From: Promethearchaeota archaeon
Lineage (GTDB): Archaea > Asgardarchaeota > Lokiarchaeia > Sigyniarchaeales > SOKP01
Length of the DNA: 64,000 nt
Assembly (NCBI GenBank): GCA_048937405.1
Contig: JBHLNF010000002.1
Location: 448,001 to 512,000, forward strand
Direction of reading: 5' to 3'
Below the pieces are notes generated by a model, which was not told the origin of the DNA, did no database searches, and saw only the letters and a program-made list of their open reading frames with translations. Position numbers and translations under genes: made by a program. Each line of letters begins with the position of its first letter. The stretch's first letter is position 1. Shown in pieces: positions 1 through 9,261 of this stretch.

Positions 1-1
1 T

Positions 2-118
2 CATGAATTTATAACTGACTTGACGAAACTAAAACAAATTTCTCAGAGAGCTTCTAGATTAGCAAAAGAACTAAATGAAGCAGATAAAAAAATAGAAGAG
101 ATTTTAAAAAAATTTTAA
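2..118 (+). CDS. 3' end of a CDS entering from the left edge (helical C-terminus)
   Basis: Open frame HEFITDLTKLKQISQRASRLAKELNEADKKIEEILKKF ends at TAA 116-118, convergent with the next gene. Confidence 0.6.
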   Translation, partial: HEFITDLTKLKQISQRASRLAKELNEADKKIEEILKKF

Positions 119-140
119 GTTTGTAAATTTATTTAGGTGT

Positions 141-1949
141 TTATCCATCTGAAGGAGAATTTTCCTCGAGTGGTGGTTGATATTCTCCAATATCCTTAAA
201 AATTATTTTACAAATATCCCAGCCCTCTTTCGGTGGATATTTTAATGCATTCTCGATTAACTTTTCTCCAATCTCATTATTTATTTCTACTTTATGGATA
301 TCAGGATTGTCTTTAAGAATCATTTCATATTTTGCTCCCCCAGTTCCCGAAGGTACGATTAATAGACCTGAATCAATTGCTCTTTCGGTCATAGCATCTT
401 TTAATCTTTTAGCAGCATAATATCCAGCAACTCCAGCACTTCTATCAAAAGTTTTAATAGATGGTATTTCTAAACCCCATTTCTTGCCTTCAGCTTCAAT
501 TGCAGCAGCTAAAGTTTGTGATCTTTTACCAAGTTTAAATTTAAACTCCATCTGTGTTTTGAATTTTTTCTTTTTTTCTCCTCCAACCATCTCTATATAT
601 TTTAAAGTAGCACCAGCTACAGATTGAGGATTAACATCAATTGAATATTCTTCCTCTGCGAGAATATCATCGATTGTCTTCTTAATGACCTCTCTTGGTT
701 TAGAAAAATCAACAATTTCTTCAGCTTCTACTTGAGGTGTTGCTGTAGCAACCATATCAACTCCAACTTCCAATAATTGATCAACAGTCATTTCTTCCAT
801 AACTACTTTATCTATGAATCTTCTACAAAGTTTAATTGAATTTCGAGGGTTCCCTTGTGTTTTTTCAAATATTAATTCAATTAATTTTTCATTTAATGGA
901 AAAAGCGGATATAAGGGGGGATTCAAGTTATTGTCTTCCCAGAAAGCTTCCATTGATTTTGAGAAAAAAATCTTTAAGTCATTTAAACTAAATGGTCTTA
1001 ATTCTTGTTCAGGCTCCATACGGGATCTTAATGGAGCATCTGCTATCTCTATAATTCTAGGCCAGATTTCCTTCAGGACAGCAATAGTAATGACTAATCC
1101 TTTAACCTCATTATAGAGTCTTTTCAATATTTCAAGAAATTTTCTTTCGGCAGATTCACCAAACATTCTAAATGGGGACTCTAATTCATCAAAATAAAGA
1201 ATAAGCACTTTGTCTAAGTTTTCTGTAACAATTTTAATCAGAGCAAGACATACATCATCCTCTTCGACTACAGAATTAATTCCTAGTTCACTTAACTCCT
1301 CATCTTCTAGATCTTCACCGAGAAGCCACCTTTCAGCAAGAGCTTTCTTATTTTTATCTAATTGATAAGTCACTAAAGCTTTTACACAATCAGCAAATAC
1401 ACCAGGAAATTCTCTTATCCCCTTCTGAATTACTTCTTCAATCTTTGGTTTTTGGAAAACACCTTTTTTAAGACCACCCCATTTTCTTAATAATTTCTCA
1501 GAAACAACATCAAGCAATCCTGCACCAAGTTCCTCAATAATACAGGTATAAACATGAAGTAGAACACGTATACTAGCGGGAGGGCTTGGAACATATACAA
1601 TTGTCCAATCAGCAGAAGTTGATACTTTACCAGCGTCAACTTCCTCTAATTCAGTATCAGTTTCCAATTTCTTTTTGTTTTCACGTTCTTTATCTTTAAA
1701 TGAGTGATAGGCATGTGTTTTACCTGTTCCTGCAGAACCAAGGATTGGAATTAATCTTGAACTTCGATCCCGATATGTTTGTTGCACAAGTCTATATACT
1801 TCTCTGTCTATATGGCTTCTTGGACGTGCAATATCAACTTTGTCAGGAATATCCCCTCTAGATGCGAATTTTGAGAAAGGTAATATTGGAGCTTCTCTTA
1901 AAACATCCAAATACATCTCTTTATCATCATCAGAAAGTTCAGAATACAT
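141..1949 (-). CDS. P-loop AAA+ ATPase of unknown function
   Basis: Walker A GSAGTGKT, Walker B LYFDELE, sensor-2-like GNPR. Confidence 0.75.
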   Translation of the reverse strand: MYSELSDDDKEMYLDVLREAPILPFSKFASRGDIPDKVDIARPRSHIDREVYRLVQQTYRDRSSRLIPILGSAGTGKTHAYHSFKDKERENKKKLETDTELEEVDAGKVSTSADWTIVYVPSPPASIRVLLHVYTCIIEELGAGLLDVVSEKLLRKWGGLKKGVFQKPKIEEVIQKGIREFPGVFADCVKALVTYQLDKNKKALAERWLLGEDLEDEELSELGINSVVEEDDVCLALIKIVTENLDKVLILYFDELESPFRMFGESAERKFLEILKRLYNEVKGLVITIAVLKEIWPRIIEIADAPLRSRMEPEQELRPFSLNDLKIFFSKSMEAFWEDNNLNPPLYPLFPLNEKLIELIFEKTQGNPRNSIKLCRRFIDKVVMEEMTVDQLLEVGVDMVATATPQVEAEEIVDFSKPREVIKKTIDDILAEEEYSIDVNPQSVAGATLKYIEMVGGEKKKKFKTQMEFKFKLGKRSQTLAAAIEAEGKKWGLEIPSIKTFDRSAGVAGYYAAKRLKDAMTERAIDSGLLIVPSGTGGAKYEMILKDNPDIHKVEINNEIGEKLIENALKYPPKEGWDICKIIFKDIGEYQPPLEENSPSDG

Positions 1950-2137
1950 TTTAATCTCCTATCCAGTTTTTACTTTTTGATAAATAAGTTTTTATGTGGA
2001 ATAGATTTATTAATTCAAACAATTTTTTCTAGAATATAAGCTAATTAGTATTTAGCTGTTATAATATTTAATTAAAAATATTGCCTATTAAATTTATTTG
2101 ATAGTATAATGTTTATTGCATTTAAGGAGGAACAAAT

Positions 2138-2800
2138 ATGCCGAAAAAAAATAATGATGAAAATGAAGATGAGAAAGAAGAAAAAAAAGACACTTTTGAT
2201 TTTTATAAGTTTTTTGAGGATCCTCAAAAATTTTTCAGTGATCCAAATAAATTCTTACTAGATCCTAATAAAATATTTCAATCCAAGCAATTTCGACACA
2301 TGTTTAAAGATATATTTGAAAGAATCATGAAAAATTTGCCTCCAGAATTTCAAAATCTTTCTCCTGAGGAGATAATGAGGGAATTTAAAAAGAATCAGTC
2401 TAAGTTTGGATTTCCGATAATGTATGGATTCAATATTAATCTTGGTCCTGATGGTCCAACCATAGATTCTTTTGGTAATGTTAAACCTAAACCATATTCT
2501 GGAGAACCTGAAGTTAAAAAAGTTAGAGAACCATTAACTGAAGTAAGTGAGCAAGATGACAATATAATAATAATATGTGAGATGCCTGGAGTCACAAGGG
2601 AAGAGATTGAGATAAAAGCTACTACAAGATCATTAACAATCTCTACGGAATCTAAGGATAAAGGACGCAATTATTATAAAGAAATTGAGCTACCTTCCCC
2701 AATTAATTCAGATTATGCACGGGCAAGATATACTAATGGAATTTTGGAAGTGAAATTGAAAAAAATTGATGAAAAACAAACAAATATTAAGATTGAATAA
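2138..2800 (+). CDS. hsp20: Archaeal small heat shock protein (Hsp20, alpha-crystallin domain)
   Basis: YGFNINLGPDG...FGNV...REPL, EMPGV, YTNGILEVKL; AAGGAGG RBS upstream. Confidence 0.9.
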   Translation: MPKKNNDENEDEKEEKKDTFDFYKFFEDPQKFFSDPNKFLLDPNKIFQSKQFRHMFKDIFERIMKNLPPEFQNLSPEEIMREFKKNQSKFGFPIMYGFNINLGPDGPTIDSFGNVKPKPYSGEPEVKKVREPLTEVSEQDDNIIIICEMPGVTREEIEIKATTRSLTISTESKDKGRNYYKEIELPSPINSDYARARYTNGILEVKLKKIDEKQTNIKIE

Positions 2801-2944
2801 TTAATCTTAGATTAATCTGATTGAATATTATCTTTTTTAGGTTATATCTTTTTAAAATCGAAATCTATTTTCACATCTTTCTACAAAAACTATATTAATT
2901 GCTTTATCAAATTAGATTATAATTAATTTAAATTTGAAAAAGAA

Positions 2945-3988
2945 ATGGCGGAAAAAGGAGAATTTTTATCTAGAAAGGCTTTAATAATAATTGGAATTAC
3001 CTGGATAGCAATATTAATAATTGGTCTGATTTCATTAATCCCTGAGGTAAATGAAGCGTTTTATAGCGACAATTCTACTATTAGGGCAATATTTAATGCT
3101 ATTACTTATCTTGGCGAACCGATTGTTTTTGTAGTGATCATTTCAATGTTATACATAGTGTATAATAAGAAATTTGCGAAGACTTTAACTTTAAGTCTAA
3201 TATTATCATATTATTTAAATGGAATCGTAAAGGAAATTTTTCAAGATGCAAGACCAGACACTAATATAGACCCAACGGAAGAGTTGGGTGTTATTGAATC
3301 ATCTTATGGCTTTCCTTCAGCGCATACTCAAAATGCGGTTGCATTTTGGGGATATAGTTCTTATGAATTTAAAGATAGAAAGAAGTATCAGGAAATTCCA
3401 ATTATTCCTGTTGTTTTTTCTGTTATCATTTTTCTTGTCTCAATTTCACGGATAATAATCGGTACACATGATTTACAGGATATTATCGGAGGATTACTGT
3501 TGGGTATAGGTTTCTTATTAGTATTCATCTATTTAGAACCAACTATGACTTCACAGTTTAATAAACTTAGCTTTAATGGGAAAATTATTTTAACAGTACT
3601 TGTTTCTTTAGCATTTTTACTAATAGGAACATTATTATTTCCTAGAGCATATGTAGAATTAGCACGTCAAAATGAACCCCCAGATTATCCAGATGCTGGA
3701 GCTTTTAGCTTAGTAGGAGGTGTTATATTAGGTTTCGGTGTTGGCTATCTGCTAGAACAGGAGTACGTGAAATATAATCCTTCAGCACTTACAATTAAAA
3801 AGAAAATACTTAACTTAATAATTAGTTTAATTATTATTTTTATCGTATTTTTACCACTTGAATATCTAATAGAGATTGATAGTGCTTTTTATAGATTCTT
3901 TAAATACGGTCTAACAGCGTTTACAATAGCTTTTGTCTGTCCACTGATTTGCACAAAAATCGATTTAAAATCGAAAATAACTAAATAA
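2945..3988 (+). CDS. PAP2-family membrane phosphatase
   Basis: KEIFQDARP, YGFPSAH, SRIIIGTHDLQD motifs; multiple TM helices. Confidence 0.9.
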   Translation: MAEKGEFLSRKALIIIGITWIAILIIGLISLIPEVNEAFYSDNSTIRAIFNAITYLGEPIVFVVIISMLYIVYNKKFAKTLTLSLILSYYLNGIVKEIFQDARPDTNIDPTEELGVIESSYGFPSAHTQNAVAFWGYSSYEFKDRKKYQEIPIIPVVFSVIIFLVSISRIIIGTHDLQDIIGGLLLGIGFLLVFIYLEPTMTSQFNKLSFNGKIILTVLVSLAFLLIGTLLFPRAYVELARQNEPPDYPDAGAFSLVGGVILGFGVGYLLEQEYVKYNPSALTIKKKILNLIISLIIIFIVFLPLEYLIEIDSAFYRFFKYGLTAFTIAFVCPLICTKIDLKSKITK

Positions 3989-4310
3989 TTATTTTTTTTA
4001 ATTATTTCCTATCAAGAGATTAAATCCTAATTTAATGCTACTTCTACTGTCCTTCTAGCGAATTCTTTTATGAGAATTCGATTTACTAAAATTTTATCGC
4101 CCTCTTTTATCTGATTATGGGGAGTCACAATTTGATTTATATAAATATCGTCCCTAATCGGATGTGGCACAACTTCCTCCAAAATCATATTAATTTTGTG
4201 AAAAATTTGTCCAATATAAAATTTCCTATTTATCAATTAACAAAAAGGAATTTTTATCCTTTGGTAATGAATATCTAGAGTTTCATAGAGCAGAAATATA
4301 TCTGTAATAC

Positions 4311-4763
4311 TCAAAACAAACTTAAATATGATTCAACTTTCTCTTTTCCTTCAGGATTTTTAATACATTCAAGAATTATCTTCGACAATTCCTTTTTTTT
4401 TTTAAAATATATTTCCATTATCTCTTCCATTGTGTTTTCGGGATATCTTTCCGCTAAGGCAACATCTCTCCTTGGGCATCCATTGCGACGCATACAACAA
4501 TAGGAAAGTGACCCAAAGCATACTACTTCTGAATCCCAATTATTTTCCTTCGAAAAGTTTTCTTTAATTTTTATAAATTCTTCAGAGCTCAGCCCTAGCT
4601 CATTCAATACTTCATCTCTCTTGCATTTAAAAATATATGTCAGAGAATACCCTGGTTTGCAACAAAATGTTAAAGCACGGTAATCCCCTCCCATACATAA
4701 GGGTACTGGTGCGTTTCTTTCCCATCCTGGTAAGTCTCTAATTTTGTCTTCGTTTAACTTCAA
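4311..4763 (-). CDS. Cys-rich protein resembling the methanogenesis marker 9 domain
   Basis: W-x-NAPVPLCMGGDYRALTFCCKP...CFGSLSYCC-x5-CPRRD pattern; TTG start. Confidence 0.7.
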   Translation of the reverse strand: MKLNEDKIRDLPGWERNAPVPLCMGGDYRALTFCCKPGYSLTYIFKCKRDEVLNELGLSSEEFIKIKENFSKENNWDSEVVCFGSLSYCCMRRNGCPRRDVALAERYPENTMEEIMEIYFKKKKELSKIILECIKNPEGKEKVESYLSLF

Positions 4764-4817
4764 TATAAGCCAATTAATTCCAATATTATCTAAAAATTAA
4801 TATGATGATTATAAGAG

Positions 4818-4946
4818 GGCTCGGTACGGGAATTGAACCCGTCTTTCCCCAGCAAAAGAATATATCTTAGACTTCTAGGGATTCACATTAGGGTCTCTAT
4901 AAGAAATAGAAACGTCCCCAATACTAACCACTATACAAACCGAGCC
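4818..4946 (-). tRNA. tRNA-His(GTG) with encoded G-1 and two non-canonical introns (4888-4913 at 32/33; 4845-4874 at 45/46)
   Basis: Removing both introns gives a 73-nt cloverleaf: G-1, acceptor GCTCGGT/ACCGAGC, C73, anticodon stem GGGGA/TCCCT, loop CT-GTG-AA, T arm ACGGG-TTCAATT-CCCGT; CCA not encoded. Confidence 0.9.
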
Positions 4947-5201
4947 ACATTTTCTAAAATTTGTTAATAAAAACTAATAAATAATACTAAAAAAATTTTC
5001 TTCTTTAAATCTTGAAAAATATATTTGAATCAAAAAAGTTAATATTATTTTAAGAGAATGCTTGAAATAATCACTTTAAGATCCTTAAGAGTGCTAACGA
5101 GGGAGCCCAAGAGTTAACAAAAAAAAATTAAAAGGATTTTATAGTTTTTTTAAACTTTTTCTTTTATATTAAGCTTTCAGCCAAACTCTTTGGAGTTAAA
5201 A

Positions 5202-5765
5202 TTAACTTGCAACGAATTCAATAGAGAACTGATTGAGATCTGGAGATTGATAAAGATAAAATGGATCACTTGGGTCTGAAGTTACCCTCATCTCTATATA
5301 GTCATTCCCATCACTTAGAACATAACCACTTGCATGAACTTGATACCACGTTTGTATAGAAGAGGGAGTCCTATAACTGACCATAATAAAATCAAAATTC
5401 CCGTTTTTACGAAGTTCTAATTCATATTTGTAAGGCGTGGTTAAATCGTGCAATTGCATAGTAATTTGTATTCTATACCATCCTGCTTTAATTAAAGTTA
5501 ACCTTATACCTGTGCGAGTGACAGTGATATAGCTTGAATCGTTGTAAGAATTATCTATAAGTTCAACAAGCCAATCGGTTGTTAAAGTATATGGAGCATA
5601 ATCGGTATTTTCGTCGAGGTTATCCCATATTCCTACTAGCTTCTCTCCTGAATCTCTAGATTGGGTCGAAATTATAGGTTGGATCGAAATGAAGATGTAT
5701 ATACTTAATCCAAGGGCAATAATGCTTATAATTCCAAAAATAATTGTACCTGTATTTTTTGACAT
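5202..5765 (-). CDS. Membrane-anchored beta-rich protein, possibly C1q/BclA-C-like; likely start ATG 5765 (MSKNTG)
   Basis: N-terminal TM helix; IKAGWYRIQI and ASGYVLSDGNDYIEMRV resemble jelly-roll strand patterns. Confidence 0.5.
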   Translation of the reverse strand: MSKNTGTIIFGIISIIALGLSIYIFISIQPIISTQSRDSGEKLVGIWDNLDENTDYAPYTLTTDWLVELIDNSYNDSSYITVTRTGIRLTLIKAGWYRIQITMQLHDLTTPYKYELELRKNGNFDFIMVSYRTPSSIQTWYQVHASGYVLSDGNDYIEMRVTSDPSDPFYLYQSPDLNQFSIEFVAS

Positions 5766-5872
5766 AAGAATCTCACAAAATTTTATTTTAAAATTAATTT
5801 CTTTACATTTAAAACTTACCTGTATTGTAATAATTAAATTGAAAAAAATCCATTGAACCACGAGGATATAAT

Positions 5873-6400
5873 TACTTAATATGTCTTACTAAAAATTCCT
5901 TAATTTTTTCTATTAACTCATCTCTATATTCAAGACGCGACCATTCTTCAGCTTTGAATAGGTTCAGGCTTAGAGTGTAAGGGTTTTTTGCTTAAATGGA
6001 GTGGTAGGTTTTGAGATGAGAAGGGAGGGAGTATTTTTTTGAATGTAGATTTTATTTCTTCTTTATCAGATTTTTTGGAAAAGTCAATTCAGAGTCTGAT
6101 TTCAATGAAAATTCATTTGAAAAGAGATTCAATAATTCAATTAAGTTCAGTGGTTTAAATTTGAAATTTTTTGTTAGATAACAATTCATTATTTCTACAA
6201 TAGCTTTAAATTTTGTGTCAATATTCTCGAAATAATTTTCTTTCAACTTATTTATATATATATATAAAATTAATTTCAAGCCAAAATGGTTTTGTAACTA
6301 AGGGATTTAGGATGGAGGAGATCTGATAAGTCTTACGGAGATTTGGGAAGAGAAGCAATGCATCTTCATTTTTTTGCATTTTTAGCAATCTTATAAACAT
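5873..6400 (-). pseudogene. Probable decayed gene remnant (includes the 75-aa ORF 6052-6279)
   Basis: Protein-like fragments in shifting frames (LLNLFSNEFSLKSDSELTFP; FKAEEWSRLEYRDELIEKIKEFLVRHIK*); part is repeated at 9061-9109. Confidence 0.35.
6075..6123. repeat. Degenerate direct repeat, copy A (copy B at 9061-9109)
   Basis: Gapless manual alignment, 41/49 nt identical. Confidence 0.7.
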
Positions 6401-6496
6401 CAACTAATTTATTAAAAGAATAATTCAAACTCTTTTTGTGTAAATTGGAATTTTTAAAAAAATTCTTCTCCCCCTTTCTATATAAAAAGAATTTAG

Positions 6497-7843
6497 CTAT
6501 TCAACAATTTTTATAAATTTTTTTATAGTAGGTTCTAAATAATTATACCAATGCTTACAAGCATTGTTCTTAAAAAAACTTTCTTTATTAAAAGTATGCT
6601 TTGGACAACCTCCCATACAAATTGGCAAATAGCGACAAATAACACATTGTTCATTCTCAAAAATATTATATTTTGTCCATTTTTTATAAATAGGATGTTC
6701 CCAATAAGGTTCCCATATAAATCCACCACTTAATTGAAGATTGTCAATCTCAAGTCCACAATTAAATATTTTCCCTGAAGGGTGAACGCATACTGACCAT
6801 TCTGAAATAGCTCCACAGGGTTTTTGGAAAATTTTAGGATATTCGAATATCTCTTTTGGATTGATATCAGAAAACCTTTTACACAATTCTTGTTGAAATT
6901 TCAGAACATAAAAATACCAATCTTTAGGATCAATTGCTCTTTCGCATGTATTTAGACAATTTGGGGTAAGAGGTCCGATCATTGCTATATAAGGTCTTAT
7001 ATTTTTTTTAATTTTTAAAATTCCATATTTTTCCATTTTGTCTAAAAATTCAAAAGCTTTCTTTATTGAATAACGATCAACATTGATCCTAAGATTTATG
7101 ATAAATCTTTTTGAAGCTTTTTTTATTCCACGAATAACATCTTCAAATGATGCAGTCCCATCAATATAGGGTCTGTTTAAATTATGTATTTCTGGAAGAC
7201 CATCAAGTGTAATTTGAATTCTTTTAATGCAAATTTTTGAGAGAATTTTTACTGTCTTTGAATTTAAAAGCGTACCATTTGAGACCAAGGATGCTTCATA
7301 AAAAATATTATTTTCTTTAACTAAATTCATTATATTTCTTGAAAGATTTTTTATTAAACCTAATTTTAATAAAGGTTCGCCACCATACCATTCTACTTTA
7401 AGTACCTTTATATTCTGGGATTTAATTCTTCTTTTTATCTCCTTTATTATTGCTCTACATACTTCTTGACTCATAGATATATCTAAATGTCTCTGATAAC
7501 AATATGTACATCTTAAATTACAATTAAGCGTAGGAATAATGGTTAAATAGAAGGTCTTGGGATTAGGAGGAGAAAAAAACCTTTTTTTAATTATATTCAA
7601 TTCGCTAATGTTTTCAAGTACAATAAATCCTCCATTAATCAATAGTTTTGCAATTTTTTTAATATGTATGGGGATATCATTCAATTCAAAACAATTATTA
7701 GTAAGTTCTTCTACAATATTCTTTATATTTTTGGGGATGCGTAGAAGACCACCCTGCAAACTATTGAATAGATACGATGTATCACTTTCACCAAATCTAA
7801 TCCAAAAGTTATAATTTGAACTAATATAAGTCATTCTTTCCAA
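6497..7843 (-). CDS. Radical SAM/SPASM domain protein (putative peptide maturase)
   Basis: CNLRCTYC, YGGEPLL, QITLDG; SPASM cysteines C(GA)...IFNC...CVICRYLPICMGGCP...C; ~90-aa N-terminal extension that may be RRE-like. Confidence 0.9.
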   Translation of the reverse strand: MERMTYISSNYNFWIRFGESDTSYLFNSLQGGLLRIPKNIKNIVEELTNNCFELNDIPIHIKKIAKLLINGGFIVLENISELNIIKKRFFSPPNPKTFYLTIIPTLNCNLRCTYCYQRHLDISMSQEVCRAIIKEIKRRIKSQNIKVLKVEWYGGEPLLKLGLIKNLSRNIMNLVKENNIFYEASLVSNGTLLNSKTVKILSKICIKRIQITLDGLPEIHNLNRPYIDGTASFEDVIRGIKKASKRFIINLRINVDRYSIKKAFEFLDKMEKYGILKIKKNIRPYIAMIGPLTPNCLNTCERAIDPKDWYFYVLKFQQELCKRFSDINPKEIFEYPKIFQKPCGAISEWSVCVHPSGKIFNCGLEIDNLQLSGGFIWEPYWEHPIYKKWTKYNIFENEQCVICRYLPICMGGCPKHTFNKESFFKNNACKHWYNYLEPTIKKFIKIVE

Positions 7844-7870
7844 TGCATCAATTATATTTAGAGATATTAT

Positions 7871-8038
7871 TTATGCAAAACAGGTATCCCCACTCCCACA
7901 CAGTCGTGCTTTAGGATCTGGCCATTTTTCTCTTGGCTCCATCACCCAAAGATCATTTAACTTTATTTTTTTTAGTTCTTCTAAAGGAATTGCAGATAAC
8001 CTTTTGAGTTTGATTCCTACTTTTTTCTTTTCCTCCAT
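7871..8038 (-). CDS. 55-aa putative RiPP precursor peptide, absent from the ORF track
   Basis: Manual translation MEEKKKVGIKLKRLSAIPLEELKKIKLNDLWVMEPREKWPDPKARLCGSGDTCFA*; stops 27 nt upstream of the co-oriented rSAM/SPASM gene; alternative in-frame ATG at 8047. Confidence 0.75.
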   Translation of the reverse strand: MEEKKKVGIKLKRLSAIPLEELKKIKLNDLWVMEPREKWPDPKARLCGSGDTCFA

Positions 8039-8194
8039 ATATCTCATTCACGGATTTCGGTTATTGAAATTATTTTGCAATAATTTACAATAATGTAAAT
8101 CTCAATATTATTTAAGTTTTTTTAAATTAAGTCTCCTTCAGAATTAAAGAGAAAATAAAAAAAGAGTAATTATAAATTTAAGATTCTTGAATGA

Positions 8195-8914
8195 TTATAT
8201 AAATGAAGTTAAACTGTATCCCAAACGTGCTACTTCAGCTGATTGGATTTGAACGTAAAGATCACCGGAAAGAATACCGTTTCCAAATATTAGGTGTTGC
8301 TTAGGAGTCAATCCTAGAGAAGAATTGGCCAAATGATAATACAAGCGTTTTTGGGTCAAATTAGGAAGCACATTTTCAATAAAATATGAAGATGCTAAAT
8401 AGATATTAAATACTTCCTCTTCATAATCTACTAACGTTATTTTATCGATTATTGCTTGTCCATATATAGTACACACATAATCTCCTCCTCTTAAAAACCA
8501 TGCATGAACCATACGGGATAAATCTACTGAAATTGTATGGCCCATTGAGACAGTAACCTCAAAAATCTCATCTTGAAACTCAGGAGTCACACATTTAGCT
8601 CTAATTTGGATACACGGCTCAGGACGAGGTCCAGCTAGCATACCTACAACATATGTTTTGACTCCATCGACAGAGATGATAACATCACCCTCTGTAGGAT
8701 TATCACAAGTTGCCGGTATAATGTTTTCAATTGGTTTTTCATCACCATCAGCAATTACTATCTTTGTGCCTCTTATAAAACAAGTAGGTGGTTTTCCAAC
8801 GAGATTACCAAATTGTGTTAAAGGAAAAACACCTATTCCTACAAGTTCATGAGTAAAATCAATTTTATTCTGAAATTTAGATTTTAAAACCATATCCATT
8901 AATTTAACATCCAT
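8195..8914 (-). CDS. Hint-domain (intein-like autoprocessing) protein, 239 aa from the likely ATG at 8914
   Basis: T|CFIRGTKIVIADG..KPIENI (block A), VSMGH (block B), VFNIYL (block F), HLIFGNGILSGD (block G lacking the terminal HN); GAGGT RBS-like motif upstream of ATG 8914. Confidence 0.8.
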   Translation of the reverse strand: MDVKLMDMVLKSKFQNKIDFTHELVGIGVFPLTQFGNLVGKPPTCFIRGTKIVIADGDEKPIENIIPATCDNPTEGDVIISVDGVKTYVVGMLAGPRPEPCIQIRAKCVTPEFQDEIFEVTVSMGHTISVDLSRMVHAWFLRGGDYVCTIYGQAIIDKITLVDYEEEVFNIYLASSYFIENVLPNLTQKRLYYHLANSSLGLTPKQHLIFGNGILSGDLYVQIQSAEVARLGYSLTSFI

Positions 8915-9060
8915 TAAACTCAATTTTCTTACCTCAAAATTATGAATCTCTAAATTGATAATATAATTGAAGATGAGCAAATATTTAACTTTTTTGTCAA
9001 AAATTCTTTGAAAAGGTTCAAGTATTTTTAAATTTTGTCCCAATTTCCCTTGAAATTGGG

Positions 9061-9109
9061 TTGGAAAGGTAAATTCAGAGTTAGTTTTCAATAAAAAATC
9101 CTTTGAAAA
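9061..9109. repeat. Degenerate direct repeat, copy B
   Basis: 41/49 nt identical to 6075-6123. Confidence 0.7.
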
Positions 9110-9261
9110 AAATTTAAGAAAGTCTCTATAATAATTACTAAATTGAAATCCTTTTAATTTTACAAGTTAGCGAAAAACCAGATAATAATTTTGATATTTG
9201 ATAGAGAAATTAGTATGTAATCTATAAATTAAAAGAATCATTTTTTAATAAATAATTTAGG

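Noticed and set aside
4027-4236. 69-aa minus-strand ORF
   Set aside because: No recognisable motif and a weak start; may be a remnant, cannot be supported
8195-8782. Canonical intein
   Set aside because: No terminal His-Asn plus Cys/Ser/Thr and no recognisable host protein flanking it
8915-9091. N-terminal 59 aa of the 298-aa Hint ORF
   Set aside because: Overlaps the degenerate repeat; a better ATG with RBS lies at 8914
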